Below are positions 18,489 through 27,046 of a stretch of DNA of 64,000 nt, one piece after another. Numbering within the stretch: position 1 is the stretch's first letter; the number at the start of each line of letters is the position of its first letter. The DNA comes from a virus. The DNA lies in IMG/VR virus record IMGVR_UViG_3300033489_000003, positions 40,644 to 104,643 of that record; one strand, 5' to 3'. The notes under the pieces are model-generated. The model was not told the DNA's origin. It was given only the letters and a program-made list of their open reading frames with translations, and made no database searches. Position numbers and translations under genes: made by a program.

Positions 18489-18769
18489 CGTGCGCCTCCG
18501 TCTCGGAGTTCGAAGACGCACCCGCAGCCGTCGTAGACGCGATAGATGGCAGACGATGCGCCGCGCTCTCGGCAGCGAGAGACGCAGCCGGCCATGGCGC
18601 CGTCTTGGTAACTAGGGCCGGGGTTGCAGCCGGCGAGGAGTAGCGAGGCGCCGCTAGCCAACACGAATTGGCTTGTTTTGCGCCATTTCACCAGTGCAAA
18701 GGCGCGTAGTATCTCACTTATTCTTTGGCACGCAGACTCCAAGGGTGTGCTTTCCCGCGCAAGCTTCAT
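18485..18769 (-). CDS. Hypothetical lipoprotein-like protein
   Basis: LLLAGC followed by a Cys-rich tail; ATGA overlap with the integrase. Confidence 0.45.
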   Translation of the reverse strand: MKLARESTPLESACQRISEILRAFALVKWRKTSQFVLASGASLLLAGCNPGPSYQDGAMAGCVSRCRERGASSAIYRVYDGCGCVFELRDGGAR

Positions 18770-20235
18770 AGCCGCTCATCTCCCGCGATCTCTTCAGCCG
18801 ATCGCCATTCTACCACCGGATCGCGATCTCGCTCGATTCGTACCGCGTGCGCTAGCTCATGAAGCGCCGCGCGCTGCACCTGTCGGTCGGCCCTTTTCCA
18901 AATCGTCTTGATGTTCTCGATCCGCAAGAGCGCCTCACGCCGAAGACCTGCGTTCTCGAGCGGCGACGGCCTGGCTTGCTGAGCCGCCTTCGACTCCAAC
19001 CGCGTCCGCGCCTCGTCGACCTTGGCCAAGGATGCGACCAGCTCAGCCTTGGTCATTCCCGCGTCTGAGAACGCCTCCAGGAATCGCTCGCGCTTCTTCT
19101 GGAGTCTGACCCGCTCCGCCACGAAGTCGACCGTCTTAGCCGGCTTCTGTGGCTCTGGCCCACGGCCCAACTCGTCGCGCAGTTCCACAAGCCGAGCCAG
19201 CGTCATGTCAGCCACCAATGGGTCGAAGTGTTTGACCTGCATGTAGTGGGACCCTGGGCAGGCGCGATGGCACCGGTAATAGTAAGTGTAGTTCTTGGCG
19301 CCAGTGTAGAAGCCGCCGCCGTAGGATGCGCCAAGCCTTGCTCCGCATCTTCCGCACCGCCCGATCTCACGAAGCAGCCAGTCCTTGGTGCGGGACCCCG
19401 CCTGCGGCGCCGCACCGACGAGGCGCCGAGAATCAAGAGCTGCCTGCGCGCGCGCGAAGACATCCGCGTCGATGAGCGGCTCGTGCATGCCCTTGATCCA
19501 AACGCCGCGCGTATCTTTCGTCTCGCCGAGGTAGATGCGGTGACGCAGCGTCTTGTTGACGAGCTTCTTGTCCCAGCCACGATGACGATAGGTCTTCGTG
19601 AGGTGGTCGAGAATCGTCCCGATGGCCGCGCCGCGGATGCACATCCGGTACATCTCGCGAACGATCGCTGCGCCATCGGCGTCGACGATGAGCACGTTGT
19701 GTTCGAGTCGAGAGACGCCCTTGCGCGGCGGACGCACGTAGCCGATCGGCGCGAGTCCGTCGATGTAGTAGCCGCGATCTCGCAGCAGACGTCTCGTTCC
19801 AACCGTCCGCTCTTTGATGCGCTTGTGTTCTTCCCTGGCGACGAGCACTCGAACGCCGAGCATCGTGTCACCGTCTCGGGTCGACGGGTCGCACCTGTCG
19901 CCGACGGCGTAGAACGAGACGCCAGCCTCAAGCAATCTTCTGATGCTGCCGTATGTGAACTCTGGATCGCGCGACCACCGGTCGAGCTTGTCGCACACGA
20001 CGAGGTCGCCCTTGCGCGCCTCTTTGAGCAGAAGCTGGATCTGCTCTCGCTTTTCGATCCGCTCGTAGACTGCGCTCTCGGCTTCAACATAGAACCGCGT
20101 TACCTTTAGGCCGCGTGCTTTCGCGTACGCCGAGATGGCGTCTTGCTGATCTTGGAGTGACGTTCCCCTTGCTTGATCTTCGCTGGAAACTCTCGCGTAG
20201 CCGAATACTCGGCCGACTGTTCCGGCTCCGGACAT
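18766..20235 (-). CDS. Large serine recombinase (integrase)
   Basis: GYARVSS catalytic Ser, DRWSR, recombinase domain, Zn ribbon CGRCG..YYYRC..C, coiled coil. Confidence 0.93.
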   Translation of the reverse strand: MSGAGTVGRVFGYARVSSEDQARGTSLQDQQDAISAYAKARGLKVTRFYVEAESAVYERIEKREQIQLLLKEARKGDLVVCDKLDRWSRDPEFTYGSIRRLLEAGVSFYAVGDRCDPSTRDGDTMLGVRVLVAREEHKRIKERTVGTRRLLRDRGYYIDGLAPIGYVRPPRKGVSRLEHNVLIVDADGAAIVREMYRMCIRGAAIGTILDHLTKTYRHRGWDKKLVNKTLRHRIYLGETKDTRGVWIKGMHEPLIDADVFARAQAALDSRRLVGAAPQAGSRTKDWLLREIGRCGRCGARLGASYGGGFYTGAKNYTYYYRCHRACPGSHYMQVKHFDPLVADMTLARLVELRDELGRGPEPQKPAKTVDFVAERVRLQKKRERFLEAFSDAGMTKAELVASLAKVDEARTRLESKAAQQARPSPLENAGLRREALLRIENIKTIWKRADRQVQRAALHELAHAVRIERDRDPVVEWRSAEEIAGDERL

Positions 20236-20726
20236 GCGAGGAGCGGTAACAGCATCGCGGCGAGTCGGTCAAAGCCGTTCGACATGATGAACTCCTATTC
20301 TTTCTCCACACTTGCGCGCATGTTCCGGCTTGCGTCGGACGGATGTTCAGCGAACGACATCTGGCGCCGCCTTTCTCAAGTAGTTCCTCGACGTGACCAC
20401 CCTGAATCCGTCCGCAAACTCAACTAACGCGCTGTTGAGCGCGCCTCGCACGACGACGCGACATCTCTGCCCGAAACGCTCGGCCAGCCTAGTGCGCACG
20501 CGCCACACGCGGTCGTATTGGTCAACGCGCATCGCGCTTCTCCAAGAGCCGGTGGAGGATTATCTCCCCGATGGGTTTCACGCCGCTCTCGCTGCGTATT
20601 CCGCTCAGCGCCGCTTCGAGTTTCGCGGCCCAGTCAACCGCCGCTTCCTTCTCCGCCCGCACGGCGTCTAGCTCGGCGAGGAGCGCGAACCTGTCGGCCT
20701 GCGTAAACTCAGAACGCGGCTTCTTG

Positions 20727-20863
20727 TGGGAAGCGGGCAGGACTCGAACCTGCGACCCAAAGATCCGGTAACGATTCTCGGCCGGCCCGTCACCGGGCAA
20801 AGATGTGAGAACCGATATCCCTTGCGGGAATTCTTTTGCTCTACCGACTGAGCTACCGCTTCC
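20727..20863 (-). ncRNA. tRNA-shaped Y-like RNA B (anticodon loop replaced by an insert carrying a Ro-binding-type helix)
   Basis: Acceptor GGAAGCGG/CCGCTTCC; D arm TAGCTCAGTCGGTAGAGC; anticodon stem AAAGA/TCTTT; T arm GCAGG-TTCGAGT-CCTGC; insert contains CTTTGCCCG-GTGA-CGGGCCG. Confidence 0.85.
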
Positions 20864-20876
20864 AAAAAACGAACAG

Positions 20877-20937
20877 CGCGGATAAAGAGGCAGCAGACCG
20901 ATTTCTATTAGCGAGAACAGTCTGCCTGCGACCCGCG
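20877..20937 (-). ncRNA. Minimal Y RNA-like hairpin 2
   Basis: Terminal stem CGCGGGT-C-GCAG / CTTTATCCGCG with a bulged C; inner stem GGCAGACTG/CGGTCTGCT. Confidence 0.75.
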
Positions 20938-20939
20938 TC

Positions 20940-21063
20940 GGGGATCCGTCCCGGAATCGAACCGGGATATCTACCTTAAATGGGTAACGGTCACTCAGCG
21001 GCCCGCGAACGGGCAAAGTACGACTGACCGGTTTTAGCGTCCTGCCTTTAGACGAACGGATCC
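20940..21063 (-). ncRNA. tRNA-shaped Y-like RNA A
   Basis: Acceptor GGATCCGT/ACGGATCC; Glu-like D arm TCGTCTAAAGGCAGGAC; T arm CCCGG-TTCGATT-CCGGG; insert contains CTTTGCCCG-TTCG-CGGGCCG. Confidence 0.85.
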
Positions 21064-21067
21064 ATAA

Positions 21068-21127
21068 GAGCGAATAAGGAGCGCTACCGGAGTCATCCCA
21101 AAGATAACCGGTAACTTCGACTCGCTC
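21068..21127 (-). ncRNA. Minimal Y RNA-like hairpin 1
   Basis: GAGCGAGTCGAAG.../...CCTTATTCGCTC; contains the bacterial Y RNA GNCGAA motif; lies 38 nt after the Ro60 stop. Confidence 0.8.
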
Positions 21128-21134
21128 AACACAC

Positions 21135-21162
21135 ATATTCCCCATTCCTTTCGAATTGTCAA
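21135..21162 (-). promoter_or_regulatory. Candidate promoter for the ncRNA array
   Basis: Perfect TTGACA, 16 nt, weak GAATAT; predicted start falls at the 5' end of hairpin 1. Confidence 0.5.
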
Positions 21163-21165
21163 TAG

Positions 21166-22854
21166 TCAGTTTCGAGCAAAGTCGGCCATGAGGGCCGGCG
21201 CCGCAGAATCGAATCCTACGAAGTCCAACATTCCGGCATCGTTGGGATCGGCGATCGTGAACTCCGTTGCTGTCATGCCAACTACGGCTAGTTTGGCTGG
21301 TCGGCTGAGCTTCTCCCGGTACGCGCGGAGCGCCTGGAATGGATGAATCGTCCCTGCCCAAGTTTCGTTGTCCGTGTAGACCTGGAACATGTCGACCTCG
21401 ATATCGGAGCCGGCTGCGTAGAGCATGGGCAATGCGCAATCGGTTCCGCCCATGGGCAGCTTTGCTATCGCGCGGATGACGTCGTCGAGGCGCTGCTTGG
21501 GGCTGATATCGATCGGCGTGAAACCCGGCGCTCCGCCGCCATGCATGCCACCGTACCCGCGTCCGTTCATCGGTGCCGTAAACCCGAATATGTGCCAGTT
21601 TTTCTCTGTGCGAGCAGTCACCATTGCCATCGCTGCGCTGGCCACGCGCGGCGTGAGACCAGGGCAGCCAGCGATTGCGCCGCTTTCCATAGACCCTGAG
21701 ACATCAAGGCCGATCAGGATGTTCTTGCCCGTCGGCTCCACCGCCTGAAACGCCAGGTAGAACGCTTCGTCGAGCGCGTCGACAATCTCCCGCGCTGGAG
21801 CCCAGGTGAGCTTGCCCTTATCCCCGTGGCCTTGCTGATAGACGCGCAGCGCCGACAGGAGCGCGATCGGGTGAACGCGCGCCTTCTTGATCCTGTCGGC
21901 GTCGGCGATCATGCCGGCCGCCAGCTTGACGTGCTCGCCCATCGGCTTGAAGAGCCCGACTGCCGTCATCTTCGCGAGGTTGCGGACCAGCGCCGTCTGC
22001 GGCATCTCTTCGAGCAGCGCTTCCCACACGTCCACCGAGTTCTTGTGCTCTGTCGGGATCATCTCGTGGGTGAATCGATGTTGCCGGATGAGCTTCGCGG
22101 TCGTCTTCGGATCCGGCGACGCCTTGAGCTCATCGTACGCGGCGAGAAGTGCTGGCAACGCTTCCAGCCTGCTCGGGTACTGGACTGCGCGCTCTTCCTT
22201 TCCGGCCATGCGCTTCATGCCGCGCTCGCCCATCGGGGCGCCTACGCACCAACGGAACGCGGCGTCATGCTGCGGCGTGGGCGCCTTCGGATGCGATAGA
22301 CGCAGCACGTCACGATGGGCCCAACCGTAGCGCTGTTGATACTTGAGCAGCTGCTGAGCGAGCCTGTCGGGCTCCTTCGCGGTGTACCACCGAGCAACCG
22401 CCGAGCGCAGACCTCGCCCCCACTTGCGGAAGTTCTCCACGTCACGAACGAAGTGGAACAGGTGGGTGCCGATGCGGCAGACTTTCGGGAGAGCAGCAAG
22501 CGCAATAGCCCTTGTTTCCGGCCTGCTATCAGCGGCCGCCATCGCGAGCGCGAAGATCGCCGGGTCGTTCTTGGGCGCGCGACCGGCGTCGGAAATCTCG
22601 ACGATCCGAGCGACCGTGCGCGCCCCGTCTTCTGCGAGGCAGTCGAGGACGACTTGCGCGTTGTCGCGCGTGAGCGCCCGCTCAGAGGCGTAGTAGGTCC
22701 CGCCGTCAGCGCCCAAGATGAGCCAGCGATCAAGCCGCGCCCACTTGTCGAGCGTGAACGCGAAGCCCCCAGCGGAGTTCTTCTTCTGGTCGCTCCGCGC
22801 AGACTCCGACTGCGGCGTCTTCAGCGTGGAAAAGTGTTGCCCATAGTTCGACAT
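21166..22854 (-). CDS. rsr: Ro60/Rsr ortholog (TROVE + vWA RNA-binding protein)
   Basis: AGGAG RBS; NSAGGF, LILG..GGTYY, GWAHRDVLRLSHPK, ALVRNLAKMT, VHP, MIDAS DVSGSM, GGTDC, TDNETW, IADP.D.GMLD.VGFD. Confidence 0.95.
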   Translation of the reverse strand: MSNYGQHFSTLKTPQSESARSDQKKNSAGGFAFTLDKWARLDRWLILGADGGTYYASERALTRDNAQVVLDCLAEDGARTVARIVEISDAGRAPKNDPAIFALAMAAADSRPETRAIALAALPKVCRIGTHLFHFVRDVENFRKWGRGLRSAVARWYTAKEPDRLAQQLLKYQQRYGWAHRDVLRLSHPKAPTPQHDAAFRWCVGAPMGERGMKRMAGKEERAVQYPSRLEALPALLAAYDELKASPDPKTTAKLIRQHRFTHEMIPTEHKNSVDVWEALLEEMPQTALVRNLAKMTAVGLFKPMGEHVKLAAGMIADADRIKKARVHPIALLSALRVYQQGHGDKGKLTWAPAREIVDALDEAFYLAFQAVEPTGKNILIGLDVSGSMESGAIAGCPGLTPRVASAAMAMVTARTEKNWHIFGFTAPMNGRGYGGMHGGGAPGFTPIDISPKQRLDDVIRAIAKLPMGGTDCALPMLYAAGSDIEVDMFQVYTDNETWAGTIHPFQALRAYREKLSRPAKLAVVGMTATEFTIADPNDAGMLDFVGFDSAAPALMADFARN

Positions 22855-22879
22855 GTAGATGCTCCTATCTTCCGTTGCG

Positions 22880-23173
22880 TCAGCCTTCTGTACTCCCAAA
22901 CCACCCAACGCCCAACCTCTTCGCCCACTCGCCAGCGGTCCGCGTCACGACGTCCGCGCCATCCTGGTCAATCTGCGCGATGTCACCGTCCTCGTCACAC
23001 CACATCCCAAGCTCCTCCTCGTCCGGCCACTGCCGCCACAGCGCGTCGTCCGTCTCGTCGTAGTTGTCTCGGCATTCGCCCGTCTGCTCGAACAGCGCCG
23101 TCCACGCGTCCGCGACGTCGGCCGCGACGACGAGATCGCAGTCGGAGAACTCGAAGACGTGGAGGGGGGTCAT
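22880..23173 (-). CDS. Acidic hypothetical protein
   Basis: ATGA-coupled ORF. Confidence 0.6.
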   Translation of the reverse strand: MTPLHVFEFSDCDLVVAADVADAWTALFEQTGECRDNYDETDDALWRQWPDEEELGMWCDEDGDIAQIDQDGADVVTRTAGEWAKRLGVGWFGSTEG

Positions 23174-24222
23174 CGGCCTTCCAGCTTGTCGAGGTCAACG
23201 TGTCCGCCTGTCGCAGCAAACAAAGCATCGGTTAGAGTACGCACGCGCGCTTCGGCGGCTTCAACGCTCTTGAGCAGTTCATCTATGCGCTCTCGCTGGT
23301 CCATCGTCTGGTCAAGGAGCGCCTCATTGCATGCATGTGTCCTCGCCTGCGTTGCCTCCGCCTCGGCCAGCTTCGCCTCGGCGATAGCCGTTCGATTCTC
23401 CCGTTCGCATACCGCCTTCTGGTACCACTCCTCTTGCTCGGCCAGCTTCGCGCGCAACTCACCCAGCTCGGCCACCAATTCGCGATTGCGCTCTTCCCAG
23501 TGCCGGGCGCATCCAGGCGGCGTGGCGCAAACTAAATCCTGGCAGCAGTCCATCTTCGAGCGCAGCTCGTCTCGCTCCGATTCGACCTCGTCGAACAGGC
23601 GGACCATGTCGTTCGCTTGCGTGCGCACCGTTTCTAGTTGTGCTCGCAGCTCTTCAATGGTTCTCGACTGAACCGACCGAATCACCCCATCAACGTTCTC
23701 CAAGCCTTCGGCGATACGGTTGATGCTCTGCGTGGCAGGGTGAAATACGCGCGCCTCGGATTCCTTGAGCGCTTCGCGCAGCTCGTCTCGCTCGGCAATT
23801 AGCTTCGCAAACTGCGCGTCGGAGGCAAGGTCGCTGGCAATTGCGTCGTCACGCTCCACGGTCAGGTCGTCCACCATGCGAATCAGCCCGCCGAGAATGT
23901 TCCCAGCCACGGCATGGCCGGAGGCGTGACGACTGCGCGCGACGGTGAGAATCTTCTCGTCTTGACCTCCGTCCTGAGGCTCAGACACGACCACCGTTCC
24001 GCGGCCGTCGCACCGCGGGCACGTCGTTCGCTCGTCCCACACAGACGGTTCTGGTGCCGACGAAGCGAGCACAGTGACGTCCAGCGGACCCGCTTGCTCA
24101 ACGCGTCGCTGGAATCGCGCGCCTGGCACTTCGGGCGGTGACTCAGCTGGCTTGAACACGCCAACGCCGCACGCTCGACTAATGTGCAATTCGCCGCATA
24201 GGCTACACTTACTCTTCGGCAT
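23170..24222 (-). CDS. Coiled-coil hypothetical protein
   Basis: 350 aa with ERDELR heptads and a CPRCDGRG motif. Confidence 0.65.
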   Translation of the reverse strand: MPKSKCSLCGELHISRACGVGVFKPAESPPEVPGARFQRRVEQAGPLDVTVLASSAPEPSVWDERTTCPRCDGRGTVVVSEPQDGGQDEKILTVARSRHASGHAVAGNILGGLIRMVDDLTVERDDAIASDLASDAQFAKLIAERDELREALKESEARVFHPATQSINRIAEGLENVDGVIRSVQSRTIEELRAQLETVRTQANDMVRLFDEVESERDELRSKMDCCQDLVCATPPGCARHWEERNRELVAELGELRAKLAEQEEWYQKAVCERENRTAIAEAKLAEAEATQARTHACNEALLDQTMDQRERIDELLKSVEAAEARVRTLTDALFAATGGHVDLDKLEGR

Positions 24223-24482
24223 CGGATGGACCTTTCAGCTCGTCCAGGCGTTTCCAAACGCGCGGCGTCATGCCCGTGTAGCTCTCGTCGCAGTTGAGGC
24301 AACGTACGAACGGCATTGGATACGTGCAGTCACGCCGCCCACACTCCGTGCAAAGCATCGGCGGGTCAAGGCGCTCAAACAACCAAAACGCCGCCCTGGC
24401 GAGCTGCATTCGAATGTGCATTCCGCGCCCGGTGCAGCATGCAAACACTGATTGATTACTCTTCGGCATCGGATGGACCTTT
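24209..24482. repeat. 27-bp exact direct repeat at gene junctions (24209-24235, 24456-24482)
   Basis: TTACTCTTCGGCATCGGATGGACCTTT twice; each copy holds the MPKS start of a - strand gene. Confidence 0.9.
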
Positions 24483-24809
24483 AGGTTGCAACCTGGCGAG
24501 ACGAACGGTCGCGCGCCGGCAACCCCAAATAAACTCCCAGACCCCAATGGCAATCAGAGCAACCCATGCGTCGTGCTCACTCACGTTCCACCGCCTTTCC
24601 GCGCATCGCGCAGCGTCTTATGCCCGGCGACTGGACCTTTCATTCCTGGCATTGTGGGCAAAAGTCAGCGCCGCCCGTTTCAAGAGCAACGTCCATGTCC
24701 CAACCATCGTCTTCCGCTAGATCGACGGCACCATACTCTGTATAAGAGCCCGGCCCGCGGAGACCGCATCTGTCGCATACAACGTGGTACGGGTAGTCCC
24801 ACTTAATGC

Positions 24810-25157
24810 TCACGTTCCCTTGCCTTCCAGCGCATCGCGCGCAACCATAAGCACGTCGTCTCGGTTCAAGAGCGACCCGCGAATGTAGGCGTTTGCGCCA
24901 GCGAGAGCTTCCCGGAGCCGCGCGTTCTCTCGCACAACGAAGCCTTGTCTATCCTGCTCGAGGTTCGCCTTGACTTCGGCCTGAGCGCGCTCCTCTTTCT
25001 CGTAGGTCAGTTGTTGTTGGAGCCGCGCGTTCTCGGCACGGAGTTCGCCGATCGTGTTGGCGTAGCTCTTCAGCAGAACCTGGTCAACGCGCCATTCCTG
25101 GTGCTTCTTCTCCAGCGCCGATTGGAGGTCGGCCACGTCTGTTAGCTCACTTCCCAT
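24810..25157 (-). CDS. Coiled-coil hypothetical protein (paralog of 25311-25709)
   Basis: GAGGAG RBS; MGSE...LRAENARL...ARDALEGKGT. Confidence 0.7.
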   Translation of the reverse strand: MGSELTDVADLQSALEKKHQEWRVDQVLLKSYANTIGELRAENARLQQQLTYEKEERAQAEVKANLEQDRQGFVVRENARLREALAGANAYIRGSLLNRDDVLMVARDALEGKGT

Positions 25158-25310
25158 CGTCGTTCTCCTCTTTCCGGTCGCAGCAAAACTCGTAAGGCGC
25201 CTCGGCGCACGGCCGACACACGGCTCTGCCGCATATTGGACAGCAGCCGACGATATCGCCGTCCTTCCACTTGCCGCAAATGGCACAGCGTGCACTGTTG
25301 AGCGCTCTGC

Positions 25311-25709
25311 TCACGTTCCCTCGCCCAGCGCATCGCGCGCCATGTCCTCCAGCCGCTTAAACGCCTCCGTCGATCGAGGCCCCACGTCGATGTCACCCGT
25401 GACAACGCCGTAAGCCGCCGCGCTCCAATCTTTTGCAGCCTCCCGGAGTCGCACATTTTCGGCAAGCAACGGCGCTAGATCTGTCGTAGGGCCATGCGGG
25501 CCGTAACAATCGACGAGGCGTTTCAGTCTACGGACCTCGGTCTCGGCCGCGTCTAGTCGTTGCTGTCTATCGTCAAGGCGAATCTTCGCGTCAGCCTCAA
25601 TATCCCGAAGCCGCTCGTTCTCTGCGCGGAGCTTGGTTAGCTCGTCGTATGTCTCGCAGACTTTACGAAGCTCTTCTGTGGTCAGGTCGTTCTTTGACTC
25701 ACTTCCCAT
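25311..25709 (-). CDS. Coiled-coil hypothetical protein
   Basis: GAGGAG RBS; MGSE...LRAENERL...ARDALGEGT. Confidence 0.7.
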   Translation of the reverse strand: MGSESKNDLTTEELRKVCETYDELTKLRAENERLRDIEADAKIRLDDRQQRLDAAETEVRRLKRLVDCYGPHGPTTDLAPLLAENVRLREAAKDWSAAAYGVVTGDIDVGPRSTEAFKRLEDMARDALGEGT

Positions 25710-26716
25710 CGTCGTTCTCCTCTATCGCGGCACGGAGGTTAGCCGCAGCCAGCGGCGACAGCACCTCGAGGTGCTTCGCTTCCAGCTTCATCGCCTCAAG
25801 CAGCTTGCAATTGCGGGAGCGGAGCCGTTCACAGTGACTCGCGAAGAACTCCGACGAGTAAAGTTTTGGGTACGGAAGAGCTTGACTAAGCATGTCATCT
25901 TGGATTTGGTCAGCACTCATCGGCTTCTCCGCGTTCATCGTCTCCGCTCCTTCCACCACACGTCGTATTCTTTTGACGCCCAATTGAGCATCTGTCTCCA
26001 GCTCTTCCAGACTCTCTCCAGCTTCCACCGCAGCAGCCCGACCAGCACGGCGTCTGCTTCGGTGTGGCTGATCAGCGCAGATTCTCCGCGGCCGGCTTGA
26101 ATGAATACGGCTTCGCCGGAGCCGTCGTTATCCAGCGCCGAATCGGTCACCGTCACGCCTTCATCTTGCAGGTAGATCATTTCCCGCTCCGCCTTCTTGC
26201 CCACCAAAGCAACGCCTGAACGCCGATGTTGGCGCCGATCAGAAAGCCGATTAGTGCTCCGCTCCAGTACGCCGCCACCATCACACCGCCTCCTTGCAGA
26301 ACGCGCAACGCATGCCGTCGCCGTCCCCTTCGACGTACGTGCCGTGGCAGTCCGTGCGGCCGGTCGGCGAAACGCATCGCGGCGGCTCGTCGTTAGCGAT
26401 TAGATCGTAGATGGCGCCACCCGGGCAGGTCGGGCAAGTCTCTCCATCGTCCGCGATGACGGAGTGGCATCTGGCGCAGTGGGAGACGTACATGGTCATC
26501 GTTTTCTCCTCAGCGCTTTCGGTTTCCACAACTCAGCCCAGAAGCGTTCGCGCAGGTGCGCTAGTTGTTCTTCCGCGTCGGCGTCGGCGTAAGTTCCGAT
26601 TAGCTTCTCCATCCGTAGTAAATGTGCCGCAACGAACTCAGCTGCGTACTTGCGACCGTACGCAGTGGCCTTGACGCGTATGGCGTAGTCGTCCGGATGC
26701 TCTCCCGGATTGCGTT

Positions 26717-27046
26717 TCACCGCGGCCCCGCTTTCTGCGCCTCAACGGGCGACAGCTGTGGTCGAAGCGATTCACCACCGCCGTCGCGCCGCGACCCCCA
26801 AAACGGACCTGGGCCGCCGACGTACGCGCAATACCCGCCGGGCCGGCAAACTTCATCCTCCGCGCAGCAACCGCCGCTTGGGCATTGGTGATAGATTCGG
26901 CCGCAAGGCAGACCTGGCTCCGCGACGATTGGCGTCGGGCGGCTCCAGGACGCGTCGCACCCGCCTCCAACCGCCAGCGCCAGCGCCGCAGCGCCAAGGA
27001 CGCAGATCGCGACACGCAGCGCCGCGGCGACGCCGAGCGGGCTCAT
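26717..27046 (-). CDS. Cys-rich secreted/lipoprotein-like protein
   Basis: Hydrophobic N-terminus + GGC; CG...CPSGGCC....CRPGGYC. Confidence 0.55.
   Translation of the reverse strand: MSPLGVAAALRVAICVLGAAALALAVGGGCDASWSRPTPIVAEPGLPCGRIYHQCPSGGCCAEDEVCRPGGYCAYVGGPGPFWGSRRDGGGESLRPQLSPVEAQKAGPR

Larger units (their letters stand above)
24807..25723. repeat. Paired junction repeats bounding two paralogous genes
   Basis: CTCACTTCCCATCGTCGTTCTCCTCT at 25146-25171 and 25698-25723; TGCTCACGTTCCCT..CCAGCGCATCGCGCGC at 24807-24842 and 25308-25340. Confidence 0.88.

Noticed and set aside
20727-21063. Calling the two tRNA-like elements ordinary or intron-containing tRNAs
   Set aside because: There is no 7-nt anticodon loop. 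The inserts are far too short for group I introns, show no clear bulge-helix-bulge, and instead share the Y-like helix.
20522-21439. 305-aa ORF across the ncRNA array
   Set aside because: It overlaps Ro60 and the structured RNAs. Only the last ~60 aa (coiled coil) look protein-like, probably the remnant of a gene interrupted by the Ro module.
24209-25723. Direct repeats as a CRISPR array or att sites
   Set aside because: Only two copies each, 250-550 bp apart, and they coincide with gene starts and stops.
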